A stretch of 20,374 bases of DNA from an uncultured bacterium (GTDB taxonomy: Bacteria; Macinerneyibacteriota; Macinerneyibacteria; Macinerneyibacteriales; DSCS01). The stretch lies in contig CAZJQC010000020.1 in assembly GCA_964548195.1 (NCBI GenBank), forward strand, positions 1 to 20,374, read 5' to 3'. Shown here in pieces: positions 8,738-16,932 of the stretch (within the stretch, counting starts at the first letter, position 1; each line of letters begins with the position of its first letter). The notes beneath the pieces are model-generated. The model was given only the letters and a program-made list of their open reading frames with translations. It ran no database searches and was not told the origin of the DNA. The position numbers and the translations under genes are program-made.

Positions 8738-9187
8738 ATGATGGGCGGAAATGTGAACGGCGGTTTTGACCGGGAGTTGGCCGACGGCATCATGGATGAG
8801 ATATTCAGAGTGGATTACAGGCGAAGGACACTGCGTAACGGCATAGGCGCCTTTTTCATGTTAGCGCTGACGTTTTCCGTGGTACTCTTCGGCATCGACA
8901 GATCGTACAGGAACACCGTCAATGTCAGGCTTCTTCTCGAAGCGCCGCATGCCGCCAATGTAAGGGTGGTGGGCGATTTTAACGGCTGGGAAGAACCCGG
9001 CCTGAAGATGTCGAAAAACGATGAGGGAGAATGGAGCGCGGAGATAAAGGTGGATCCGGGCACCTACAGATATCTTTTCCTCGTCGACGGGAAGAACATG
9101 ACGGATCCCGAAGGGATCACCATAATAGATCCGTTCGGGAAGGAAGTGTCCGTGGTCAATGCGGACGGGGAGGGAAAAAGAATATGA
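8738..9187 (+). CDS. Putative anti-sigma factor: short cytoplasmic N-terminus, one TM helix, CBM48/AMPK-beta-type (isoamylase early set) domain
   Basis: Starts 1 nt after the sigma stop (true start may be ATG 8741). RRR followed by a TM helix, then APHAANVRVVGDFNGW..GEWS..PGTYRYLFLVDG..DP..DPFG. Anti-sigma role inferred from position and topology. Confidence 0.8.
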   Translation: MMGGNVNGGFDRELADGIMDEIFRVDYRRRTLRNGIGAFFMLALTFSVVLFGIDRSYRNTVNVRLLLEAPHAANVRVVGDFNGWEEPGLKMSKNDEGEWSAEIKVDPGTYRYLFLVDGKNMTDPEGITIIDPFGKEVSVVNADGEGKRI

Positions 9188-9552
9188 GACGCTTTATACC
9201 CCTATTGTTGATCTTCATGATCTGTGCCATGCCTTTGTTTGCCTCTGTCAGGGCTGAGAAGGCAGGAGAAATGAAGGCAAGGGCGGTCAGGACCATGAAT
9301 GAACTCGGGTATTCCCATGAAGAGACGCTTGGCATAATGAAACAGATATCGGAAAGCGGACTGTCAGGGGAGAAACTTGAGAACATGTATCGCTGGGTGG
9401 CGCGCATGGAACACCGTATCGCCCTTGAAAATTTCGCAGAGACAGTGGAAAACAGGATCAACGCTGAAAAGCGGGAGAAGACCGCTCACATGAGAAAAGT
9501 GAAGGTCAGGGCCATGCTTAAAAAGAAGACCGAGGGCAACCGGCCGGAATGA
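9184..9552 (+). CDS. Secreted hypothetical protein, helical and charged, 122 aa
   Basis: ATGA overlap with the upstream stop; signal peptide MRRFIPLLLIFMICAMPLFA. Start moved from 9031 to 9184. Confidence 0.75.
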   Translation: MRRFIPLLLIFMICAMPLFASVRAEKAGEMKARAVRTMNELGYSHEETLGIMKQISESGLSGEKLENMYRWVARMEHRIALENFAETVENRINAEKREKTAHMRKVKVRAMLKKKTEGNRPE

Positions 9553-10139
9553 AGACGCGAAACCTGATATTTGTTTTATTCCTGATATTCCTGCAGGCGC
9601 TGCCGGGGGAAGCCCGCACAAAGACAGACCCCTGGCGGAGGATTTCCGACGGGCGGTATAAAGCCGCCCATTGGAAACCCTATGTCGAGCTTGCGAAGAT
9701 CAGAAAAATGGATGATGAGGAGATCTCGCTGATAATAAGCGAGAAAGTCGACTATATAGAGTTTCTTGAAAAAGAACTCTCCGGCTTCAGCCGTGACGAT
9801 ATACCGCACTATCTGAAGATATCGGATCTGGGCGTGAAAAAAGAGGCGCTGACTGTCCTGAATAATAAGAGGGATGATACAGGCCCCGCAAAATTAGCCG
9901 ATTTTCTTACGGTATGCAGCGGCGTACTCGGCTGCGGCCCGGATGAGCTGGAGTCGGTCGTCGCAGCTTATTCGCAGTATTACTCGCAGGAAGACCTCCA
10001 AAGCCTTAACAGGATACTCATGAAAGTCAGAGCGGCGTCAAAACCCTGGAAACCCAATCACGCAAAGACCGTGTTTATGGAATTGTTCGCGGGCGGTTAT
10101 TCGGTCCGGTACATCAACAGAAAGCTGGTGGAACAGTGA
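9549..10139 (+). CDS. Secreted hypothetical protein, 196 aa
   Basis: ATGA overlap; signal peptide MKTRNLIFVLFLIFLQALPGEA; looks alpha-helical. Confidence 0.75.
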   Translation: MKTRNLIFVLFLIFLQALPGEARTKTDPWRRISDGRYKAAHWKPYVELAKIRKMDDEEISLIISEKVDYIEFLEKELSGFSRDDIPHYLKISDLGVKKEALTVLNNKRDDTGPAKLADFLTVCSGVLGCGPDELESVVAAYSQYYSQEDLQSLNRILMKVRAASKPWKPNHAKTVFMELFAGGYSVRYINRKLVEQ

Positions 10140-11206
10140 AGAGATCAATCATTGCGGCCTTGACGGTTTTTGCAGTCCTGGCCACCGCATACGCGGGAAC
10201 GGATATTACACTGATGCAGTCCTATGAATGGACGGACAACCTTTATACGGATTATACGGAAATGAAAAGCGGCATGACAAGAAGCCGCGTCGAACTGGAT
10301 GTCTGGTCCGGAGACCTTACCCTCAACGCGGGGTTTTCCTATGCCAATGTGATCGAGTTTCCGGATGACAGCCATTTTAACATGGAACTTCATCCCGAAC
10401 TGATCATCGGCGGCGGGCCGAAATTTCTTTTCAAGGTCAGCGGAAATATGGACAGCGTGGCATACAAAGGTTCCGAGGACGATAATTTCACCGATTACGG
10501 CATATATGCCGGTTTTACAGCGGACAACCTGGAAGACAAGATACTGGAATTCAGTGCGGGGTTCGGCTCATACAATCATCGTACGGATGACTACGACAGG
10601 ACCTATTTTGACAGCGCATTGACGGGTACGATATACACGGGCGCTGCCTCAAACATATCCGTGGCCGCGTCTTACACACACGTGCAATGGGGGACTTCCT
10701 CCGTGGAATCGGAGGGGATGCCCGGCATGGGAAGCCGCTCAAAAGATGTGTCCTCCGATATTATACGCATCGACCTTTCCGGCGAAATATACGCCTGGGG
10801 TTTTATGGTGGTCTCTCCTCACGCGGGCATGGGATTTACAAGCGGGAACGAGGACTATATCATCCCCGTTATTTCACCCGATTACACTCAGACGGACGGG
10901 GACACGTCCTCCGTATGGGAGGCCGGCGCGGATATTTATCTGCTCAAAGGCCCCTGGTCTCTCCTTCTGACAGCGGCTTATGCGTCAAGGGAATATGACG
11001 AACGGCTTGCATATGCGGACGAAACTCTTCTCTCGGATGAGGCCGCTTATTCGAGGAATGCGTATTTCGGGGGGGAACTAAGATATTATTTCACGGATTC
11101 GGCGGCGCTCATGGGCGGTTGGAGCAGGCAGATAAACGAGTCCAATGATTTTTTTGCCGACGGAGACTCTCAACTTCTTTCCGCGACACTCATGGTCTCA
11201 TTCTAA
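10136..11206 (+). CDS. Putative outer-membrane beta-barrel protein
   Basis: GTGA overlap; signal peptide ending AYA; alternating aromatic/Gly/Ser/Thr strands; C-terminal beta-signal-like LSATLMVSF ending in Phe. Confidence 0.78.
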   Translation: MKRSIIAALTVFAVLATAYAGTDITLMQSYEWTDNLYTDYTEMKSGMTRSRVELDVWSGDLTLNAGFSYANVIEFPDDSHFNMELHPELIIGGGPKFLFKVSGNMDSVAYKGSEDDNFTDYGIYAGFTADNLEDKILEFSAGFGSYNHRTDDYDRTYFDSALTGTIYTGAASNISVAASYTHVQWGTSSVESEGMPGMGSRSKDVSSDIIRIDLSGEIYAWGFMVVSPHAGMGFTSGNEDYIIPVISPDYTQTDGDTSSVWEAGADIYLLKGPWSLLLTAAYASREYDERLAYADETLLSDEAAYSRNAYFGGELRYYFTDSAALMGGWSRQINESNDFFADGDSQLLSATLMVSF

Positions 11207-11215
11207 ACGATCATC

Positions 11216-11245
11216 GGCCGCCGCTTTCGCGCGGCGGCTTCTTTT
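11216..11245 (+). terminator. Rho-independent terminator closing the ECF operon
   Basis: GCCGCCGC (11217-11224), 6-nt loop, GCGGCGGC (11231-11238), then TTCTTTT. Confidence 0.8.
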
Positions 11246-11302
11246 CAGGCAACTTGCCGAAAGGCCGAAAATATTGTATTATTGTATGACTTGGAGGTGT
11301 TT

Positions 11303-11695
11303 ATGTCTTTTTACAGGATATTGTGCCTGATATTGGCGGCGTTCGTGCTGTTCGGACGATTCACTTTTCCCCTTAAAAGATACCCCGCAAAAGCGACACT
11401 TAAGATGTTTCCCCTTAAACGGCCCGCCTGGGTGGACATCATCACGTTGATCATGTTCGTCCTGGCCTTATTAGCCTGGCAGCGCGCGCTGTCCGGGTCC
11501 GAGTCGAATGCCATGATCATCACCGTGGTCGTTTCCCTGGCTTTCGTGAAGATGGTCAGCTGGATGTTCTTTTACGCATCCCTCAGAAAACTTGCCTTGT
11601 GGCTTTATGGGGGCGGAAAAAGGATGATCGCGCTGAACATCGCCTCCCTGACGGGGTTCGCAGCGCTGATGCTTGCAGCCTTTTTGCTGTATTGA
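11303..11695 (+). CDS. Small hypothetical membrane protein (about 4 TM)
   Basis: GGAGG 5 nt before ATG 11303; four hydrophobic segments. Confidence 0.75.
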   Translation: MSFYRILCLILAAFVLFGRFTFPLKRYPAKATLKMFPLKRPAWVDIITLIMFVLALLAWQRALSGSESNAMIITVVVSLAFVKMVSWMFFYASLRKLALWLYGGGKRMIALNIASLTGFAALMLAAFLLY

Positions 11696-11846
11696 CAGCG
11701 CGGCCGCCCGGAGAAAGCCGCTTTAACCGGTGTCAGGATCCGGCTTATTGTACATGTGAGAGTTTTGTAATGCGACTTTCTGATCAGCTTCCTGATAAAC
11801 ACAGGAGAAAAACTCCGGAACCGCATAAGTATATGAAAGGAGTCTT

Positions 11847-13043
11847 ATGAAAAAGTGTTTGCTTTCCCTTTTCACTTTTATGGCATGCGTCTTCTTGTTC
11901 GAGACCGCATACGCCTGCACCGTTATTGTCAAGTCAGATGGCAAAAAGACGCTTTTCGGCAATAATGAAGATTCAAAGATGACGGATACGTATGTCAGGA
12001 TAGAACCCGGTAAAGACGGCGCTTACGGCGTCCTGTACTTCAGTTATGAAAGCCTTTATCCCCAGGGGGGGATGAACGAGAAAGGGCTGGCTTTCGACGG
12101 CCTTGCATGCGATTTTATGTCCACAAAAAGAGCGAAGGGGACAAAGGACTATTTTGAAGGGCTGATACCAATGGTGATGGAAAACTGCGCGGATATAGAC
12201 GAGGCCATGAATACATTGAAAGAGTATGACCTCTCATGGCTCACCAGGGGGCAGCTTGTATTCGCGGACCGCAACGGCGACACACTGGTCCTTGACGGCG
12301 GCGGCATGTACAAGAATATGAAAAAGGACCTTGCCGCCACCAATTTCCACCTTTCACAGATGAAGCCCGGAGACCCTGTCAGCTGCGGCAGATACATGAT
12401 CGCCTCCGAAAGGCTTGAAGACGCGCCCGCGACGGTCGACGCTTTTGCGAAAATATTGTCCGCCGTGAGGCAGGAGAGCAAATATTCACAGACACAGTAT
12501 TCAAATATCTGCGATCTGAAAAAAGGCATTGTCTATCTCTATCACTTTCACGATTTCGTCAATGCCGTTGCAATAGACCTGAAAAAGGAATTTAAAAAGG
12601 GCCGCAGGGTCGTTAAGATCGATGAATTGTTCGCGCCGGCTTACGCATACAGTTTTTATGTGCGCGAGAAAAAAAACACCTTCGCGGCTATAATGGAGAC
12701 AGTGATAAGGACAAAGGGTATTGAAGCGGCGAAGGACCTCTTCGAACAGGGGCTTGCAAGCCCCGGACAGCTCGCACAGTATGAGGTCAATAAGCTTGAG
12801 ATAAACAAAGCGGGTTACAAGTTTCTCGAAGAGGGGCTTTATGACGAATCCATTGCCGTATTCACGATGTATACGAGGCTTTTTCCGTCCCATGCGAACG
12901 CTTACGACAGCCTGGGCGAGGCCTGGTATAAAAAAGGGGATAAAAAAAAGGCATTGGAGAATTATGAGAAAGCCCTTGAGTTGAATCCCAAGAGCAAGAA
13001 CGCCGCGAAGTACGTGAATAAGATAAAAAAGGAAATGAAGTAA
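11847..13043 (+). CDS. Secreted Cys-Ntn hydrolase (C45/C59-like) with C-terminal TPR repeats
   Basis: AAGGAG SD; signal peptide ending AYA then CTVIV..GNNED, GGMNEKGL, ATNF, GRY, TQYSNICDL; TPR segment ANAYDSLGEAWYKKGDKKKALENYEKALELNP. Confidence 0.88.
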   Translation: MKKCLLSLFTFMACVFLFETAYACTVIVKSDGKKTLFGNNEDSKMTDTYVRIEPGKDGAYGVLYFSYESLYPQGGMNEKGLAFDGLACDFMSTKRAKGTKDYFEGLIPMVMENCADIDEAMNTLKEYDLSWLTRGQLVFADRNGDTLVLDGGGMYKNMKKDLAATNFHLSQMKPGDPVSCGRYMIASERLEDAPATVDAFAKILSAVRQESKYSQTQYSNICDLKKGIVYLYHFHDFVNAVAIDLKKEFKKGRRVVKIDELFAPAYAYSFYVREKKNTFAAIMETVIRTKGIEAAKDLFEQGLASPGQLAQYEVNKLEINKAGYKFLEEGLYDESIAVFTMYTRLFPSHANAYDSLGEAWYKKGDKKKALENYEKALELNPKSKNAAKYVNKIKKEMK

Positions 13044-13056
13044 AAAAAGGAAATAT

Positions 13057-13554
13057 ATGAAAACATTTACAATACGCTCCGCTGTGCGGGACGACGTGCC
13101 TGCCATGGCGCGGGCTATATCAGACGCCTGGCAGACCGCCTATACTGATGTCATGGGCCCGGAGTTTCCCAAAACACGCACCGCTGATAAGTATGAGGCG
13201 ATCTTTCATGAGATTCTCAAAACAGACAAGGAGACGCTCTTTGTATGTCAATACGAAAACAGTGTCATAGGGCTTGTCTCCATACGGACGCCTGATGATG
13301 AGGGATACGACTGCGAAGTGGGCGGCCTTTATGTGCATCCTGACTTTCAGGGCATGGGCGCCGGCACGGCGCTTTTAAACAGAGCAAAGGAATTTTGCAG
13401 GGGCCATAAAAAGATGATCATCTGGACTCTGTCGGGTGTAAAAAACAATGCGTTTTATGAGAAACAGGGTGGAGTCGCCGCGGAATATAAGACCTATACC
13501 TTTGGCGGCGTTGAATATCAGGGCGTGGGCTACGCTTTTGATCTTTCTTCATAA
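13057..13554 (+). CDS. GNAT family N-acetyltransferase
   Basis: AAGGA SD; IRSA..D..A..AWQTAY, LYVHPDFQGMGAGTALL, N..FYEKQGG. Confidence 0.9.
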   Translation: MKTFTIRSAVRDDVPAMARAISDAWQTAYTDVMGPEFPKTRTADKYEAIFHEILKTDKETLFVCQYENSVIGLVSIRTPDDEGYDCEVGGLYVHPDFQGMGAGTALLNRAKEFCRGHKKMIIWTLSGVKNNAFYEKQGGVAAEYKTYTFGGVEYQGVGYAFDLSS

Positions 13555-13602
13555 TCGTGAAATTATAAATGTAATGTAGCATTAGCTAAAGGAGTAATAA
13601 TA

Positions 13603-15036
13603 ATGAAGTTGATTAAGTCAAAGAATCAGGCCGCATTTTTGTATCTTTTGCTCGGGTTTATATTTCTTTTCTTTTCCAATGGGCGATGGGTGGCGCCTGC
13701 AGCAGCATTTTTGGCACCCCTGTTTATCGTTCGTTTTTTTAGCATCAGCAAACCCGTTGCGGGATTTTTTCTCCTTGTTATTGCCGGTTTTATATCAAAT
13801 GTATTTATCTGGAAAGGCGTTATGCCGGTATCCGGTGTGTTTTATTATATAATGACTTTCATGATGTCATTCTTTACAGCTATTGTATTTCTTATAGACA
13901 GGCTTTTTTCCAAAAAGTTAAATGGCTTTGTTGCAACACTTCTATTGCCCTCCGCATTTGTGTTGATGGACTTCATTTCTGTTTCAAGTAATCCCGGCGG
14001 GACGTTTGGTGCCATAGCTACAACCCAGACATCAATGCCGTTGTTACAGCTGGTTTCAATTACTGGCAGTTGGGGAATAACTTTTCTCATCTATTGGACT
14101 GCATCTGTATTTAACTGGTTTATGGAAAAAGGATGTGATAAATATTCAATAAAAAAAATATTTGTTTACTATATGATACCGGTCTTGGTGATTATTGTAT
14201 TTGGTCAGTTTCGTTTGGGCGGTAAGATTACCGATAGTACTGTAAAAGTAGCATCCATAAATATTCCAAAGGATGGAATACAGAATATATCTTCTTACCG
14301 GCCTGATGATGTGAATAAAAATATGAATGAAAGATTCTTGAAGAGTTGTTCAATAGCTTCAGCGTCCGGTGCAAAAATAGTTTTTGGTAATGAGACAATG
14401 CTGAACATGTATTTGAAAGATGTAAGCGGCTTTGTCGACAAAATAAAAAATACCGCTCAAAAAGAGAACATATATATTGGACTTCCAATGCTGATTTATC
14501 CTGAGCCGGAATCAAACATGAAACCCGAGAACAAGATTATCTGGGTATCGCCTCAAGGTAAGATCTTGTTCGAGTATTCAAAGTCAAGACCAACGCCTGG
14601 AGAAGGTGCGTATGGGGATGGTGTGATCAGGTATTTTGATTCGCCATACGGGCGCATAAGTTCTGTCATATGTTTTGACATGGATTTTCCGGGGTTAATC
14701 AAGCAGGTCAAAGCAATGGATATAGATATTATGCTTGTACCGGGAAATGACTATGAGAATATTTCCCCATATCATACATATGCCGCGTCGTTCCGTGCTT
14801 TGGAATATGGTTTTAATCTTGTCCGATCCGTTTCAAGGGGAGTTTCGGCAAGTTTTAACTATAAAGGACAGGTTTTGTCATATCAGGACTATTTTACTGC
14901 TGATGAAGAGCTTTTTTATTCAGATGTTCCGGTAAAAGGTTCTCCGACTATTTATTCAACCATTGGGGATCTGCTGGTCTGGCTTTCCATTGCGTGTTTG
15001 ATCTATCTGAGTATGGTGCTGATAATAAAAAAATAA
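13603..15036 (+). CDS. Membrane protein with a nitrilase-fold C-N hydrolase domain (apolipoprotein N-acyltransferase-like)
   Basis: AAGGAG SD; about 7 N-terminal TM segments, LLQLVSITGSWGITFL, Glu-Lys-Cys triad (GNET, YSKSRPTPGE, VICFDMDFP), RALEYG and one C-terminal TM. This is the Lnt architecture. Confidence 0.85.
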   Translation: MKLIKSKNQAAFLYLLLGFIFLFFSNGRWVAPAAAFLAPLFIVRFFSISKPVAGFFLLVIAGFISNVFIWKGVMPVSGVFYYIMTFMMSFFTAIVFLIDRLFSKKLNGFVATLLLPSAFVLMDFISVSSNPGGTFGAIATTQTSMPLLQLVSITGSWGITFLIYWTASVFNWFMEKGCDKYSIKKIFVYYMIPVLVIIVFGQFRLGGKITDSTVKVASINIPKDGIQNISSYRPDDVNKNMNERFLKSCSIASASGAKIVFGNETMLNMYLKDVSGFVDKIKNTAQKENIYIGLPMLIYPEPESNMKPENKIIWVSPQGKILFEYSKSRPTPGEGAYGDGVIRYFDSPYGRISSVICFDMDFPGLIKQVKAMDIDIMLVPGNDYENISPYHTYAASFRALEYGFNLVRSVSRGVSASFNYKGQVLSYQDYFTADEELFYSDVPVKGSPTIYSTIGDLLVWLSIACLIYLSMVLIIKK

Positions 15037-15157
15037 CAACGAGTTAATATGCAGCTTATTTGATCTGTATGATTAAGGCTAAGTGTAAGAGTTGGTATTT
15101 AAAAACAACTAACTGGTGATTTCCATATTGGAGATTTTTGGTGATTTTCTTCTGGGG

Positions 15158-15188
15158 AAAAAAGGCGGAATGGGAAACCCATTCCGCC
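15158..15188 (-). terminator. Rho-independent terminator for the blaI-blaR1 operon
   Basis: 11-bp perfect stem GGCGGAATGGG (15164-15174) / CCCATTCCGCC (15178-15188), followed on the minus strand by T6 (15163-15158), 6 nt after the stop codon. Confidence 0.88.
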
Positions 15189-15194
15189 GAATAA

Positions 15195-16517
15195 TTATTT
15201 CAGTTTAAAGTCATACGAAAGAACGTACCAGACTCCCACGGGTTCTCCGTTATTTTCAGCGGGTTTGAAAGTCGCTTGTTTCGCGGCTTTTACAGCGGCG
15301 TCTATGAGGACTTCCGATGGTGATTTTATGGGTACCGCCTTAAGGACCTGTCCTTCCCTGCTTATGTAAACTTTTATAAAAACCTTGCCCTCGATTTTCT
15401 TCTTCTTTGCCTCTTCAGGATATTCCGGGGCAGGGGCTGTTATTAACACCGGAGTTTTCGTATAGGGAATGAATGTGCCTTGATCCGGAATGGAAGAATC
15501 TCTCTCCACTGATGTTGTTTTTGTTTGTTCTAACGCGGATGCCGTTATGCTGGATGTGACTACAAAGAGTGATAAGACAATCATGATGATAACCTGGTAT
15601 ACGGACACTTTTTTCATATAAACCTCCTTTTTTATGCTGAGATACTTTAACCGTCTATATAACCACCACTTATTTCCGAATAGAGATGTGCATGTATTTA
15701 TGCTTTTTGACTGTATTGCTTTCTCCAGAATATCAAACAGGAAAGAACGGTATGATTGAATGGCGTTGGGATCCTCGGATGAAGTTAATGCCAGATCATC
15801 GCATTTGCGTTCTCTGAAGCTGTTGATAACACCATTAAGCATCCATACAACAGGATTGAAGAAAAACAGGATCTGTAGTATATTCTGACAGTAAATAAAA
15901 AATATATCATAGTGCTTAATGTGAGCGATTTCATGGGTAAGAACCGCATCTAATTGATTGTCGCACCAGTGGGCAGCATCTTCAGGCAGATAAATTACCG
16001 GAGCAATCACCCCGGAAGTAAAAATCGAATATTGATGTTCAAGGGTATAAACTCGTATTTGTCTTTTAATGCCATACATACGCGCAATGCTGTTTGCCCG
16101 TTCTGTGCCGGCGGCCCATTGTGTGTATTGAAACGATCGCGTATAGGTTACGGCTGCAGCTGTTAATCGGATAAGCAGGAACACCGTGGCCAACAGCCAG
16201 GCTGCGAAGAAAACTGACGTAACAGTCAGGGTTGCAGCAGGCGCCGCCGTTTCACTGCCTGCGTTTATTATGGAAAGCAGAGGAGTATTCAATGGCTGCG
16301 GTATTACAGACGCGGTATTTATGAAAATCGGCGGGATCATTAATTTTGTCAGGCCCAGAAGCGATAAGATATATAGGTACAGACTGTTCTTATTATGAAG
16401 GATTTTCAGGAAGATCATCAGTATGAGTATGAAAATCGTTGCCTGAAACATGTGCATCATCAGTAGTTTCAGCCACTGATGGGAGATACTGTTGAAAAGA
16501 ATAGTAAAATCACTCAT
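15195..16517 (-). CDS. BlaR1/MecR1-type M56 metallopeptidase fused to a C-terminal TonB_C domain
   Basis: N-terminal TMs, GVIAPVIYLP, HEIAH, FFFNPVVW, RERKCDDLAL, LYRRL; C-terminal PEYPEEAKKKKIEGKVFIKVYISREG..AAVKAA..FKPA..GEPVGVW..F. ATG 16517 overlaps the blaI end and has GAGGAG upstream. Confidence 0.9.
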   Translation of the reverse strand: MSDFTILFNSISHQWLKLLMMHMFQATIFILILMIFLKILHNKNSLYLYILSLLGLTKLMIPPIFINTASVIPQPLNTPLLSIINAGSETAAPAATLTVTSVFFAAWLLATVFLLIRLTAAAVTYTRSFQYTQWAAGTERANSIARMYGIKRQIRVYTLEHQYSIFTSGVIAPVIYLPEDAAHWCDNQLDAVLTHEIAHIKHYDIFFIYCQNILQILFFFNPVVWMLNGVINSFRERKCDDLALTSSEDPNAIQSYRSFLFDILEKAIQSKSINTCTSLFGNKWWLYRRLKYLSIKKEVYMKKVSVYQVIIMIVLSLFVVTSSITASALEQTKTTSVERDSSIPDQGTFIPYTKTPVLITAPAPEYPEEAKKKKIEGKVFIKVYISREGQVLKAVPIKSPSEVLIDAAVKAAKQATFKPAENNGEPVGVWYVLSYDFKLK

Positions 16518-16890
16518 GCTTTTTCTCCTCTTCTGCAAGAACAGACTTGAGTTTTTTTAAATCCTCTTTGCTGATATTGTCTGTAGATAATAAAAACGCC
16601 GCAAGGTTGCTTACGGAGCCGTTGAATATTTTTGAGAGAAAAGATGTTGTTTCCTGCTTTAATATTGAATCTCTGTCAATAACCGGATAGTAAAAATTGA
16701 CGCTTCCCCTTTTGCGTTTTTTCAGGTATTTGTATTTAACCATTCTTTCCATGTAGGTTTGAATAGTCGTATATGCTTTGTCCCTTAAATCCTGTATGCT
16801 TTCCTGAACTTCTTTGACTGTCATCTCACTGTTGTCCCAGAGAGAACTCAGGATTTTCCATTCAACTTCCGACAATCCCTTTTTCTTCAA
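16510..16890 (-). CDS. blaI: BlaI/MecI/CopY family transcriptional repressor
   Basis: AAGGAGG SD with TTG start; LSEVEWKILSSLW, AYTTIQTYMERMVK..YL, FYYP, IFNGSVSNL. Confidence 0.93.
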   Translation of the reverse strand: MKKKGLSEVEWKILSSLWDNSEMTVKEVQESIQDLRDKAYTTIQTYMERMVKYKYLKKRKRGSVNFYYPVIDRDSILKQETTSFLSKIFNGSVSNLAAFLLSTDNISKEDLKKLKSVLAEEEKKHE

Positions 16891-16916
16891 AACAACCTCC
16901 TTGCGTTAAGTAGTGA

Positions 16917-16932
16917 TACTACACTTGTAGTA
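16917..16932. promoter_or_regulatory. BlaI/MecI/CopY operator
   Basis: Perfect palindrome TACTACA-CT-TGTAGTA containing the family consensus TACA-NN-TGTA, immediately downstream of the -10 box. Confidence 0.88.

Noticed and set aside
11696..11846. Riboswitch or leader RNA before the Ntn-TPR gene
   Set aside because: Only short weak stems and no known aptamer motif.
15030..15125. Possible integron attC after the Lnt-like gene (stop runs into TAACAA; AGTTG..CAACT hairpin)
   Set aside because: No matching core-site pair or L boxes, no similar element after other genes, and no integrase in the window.
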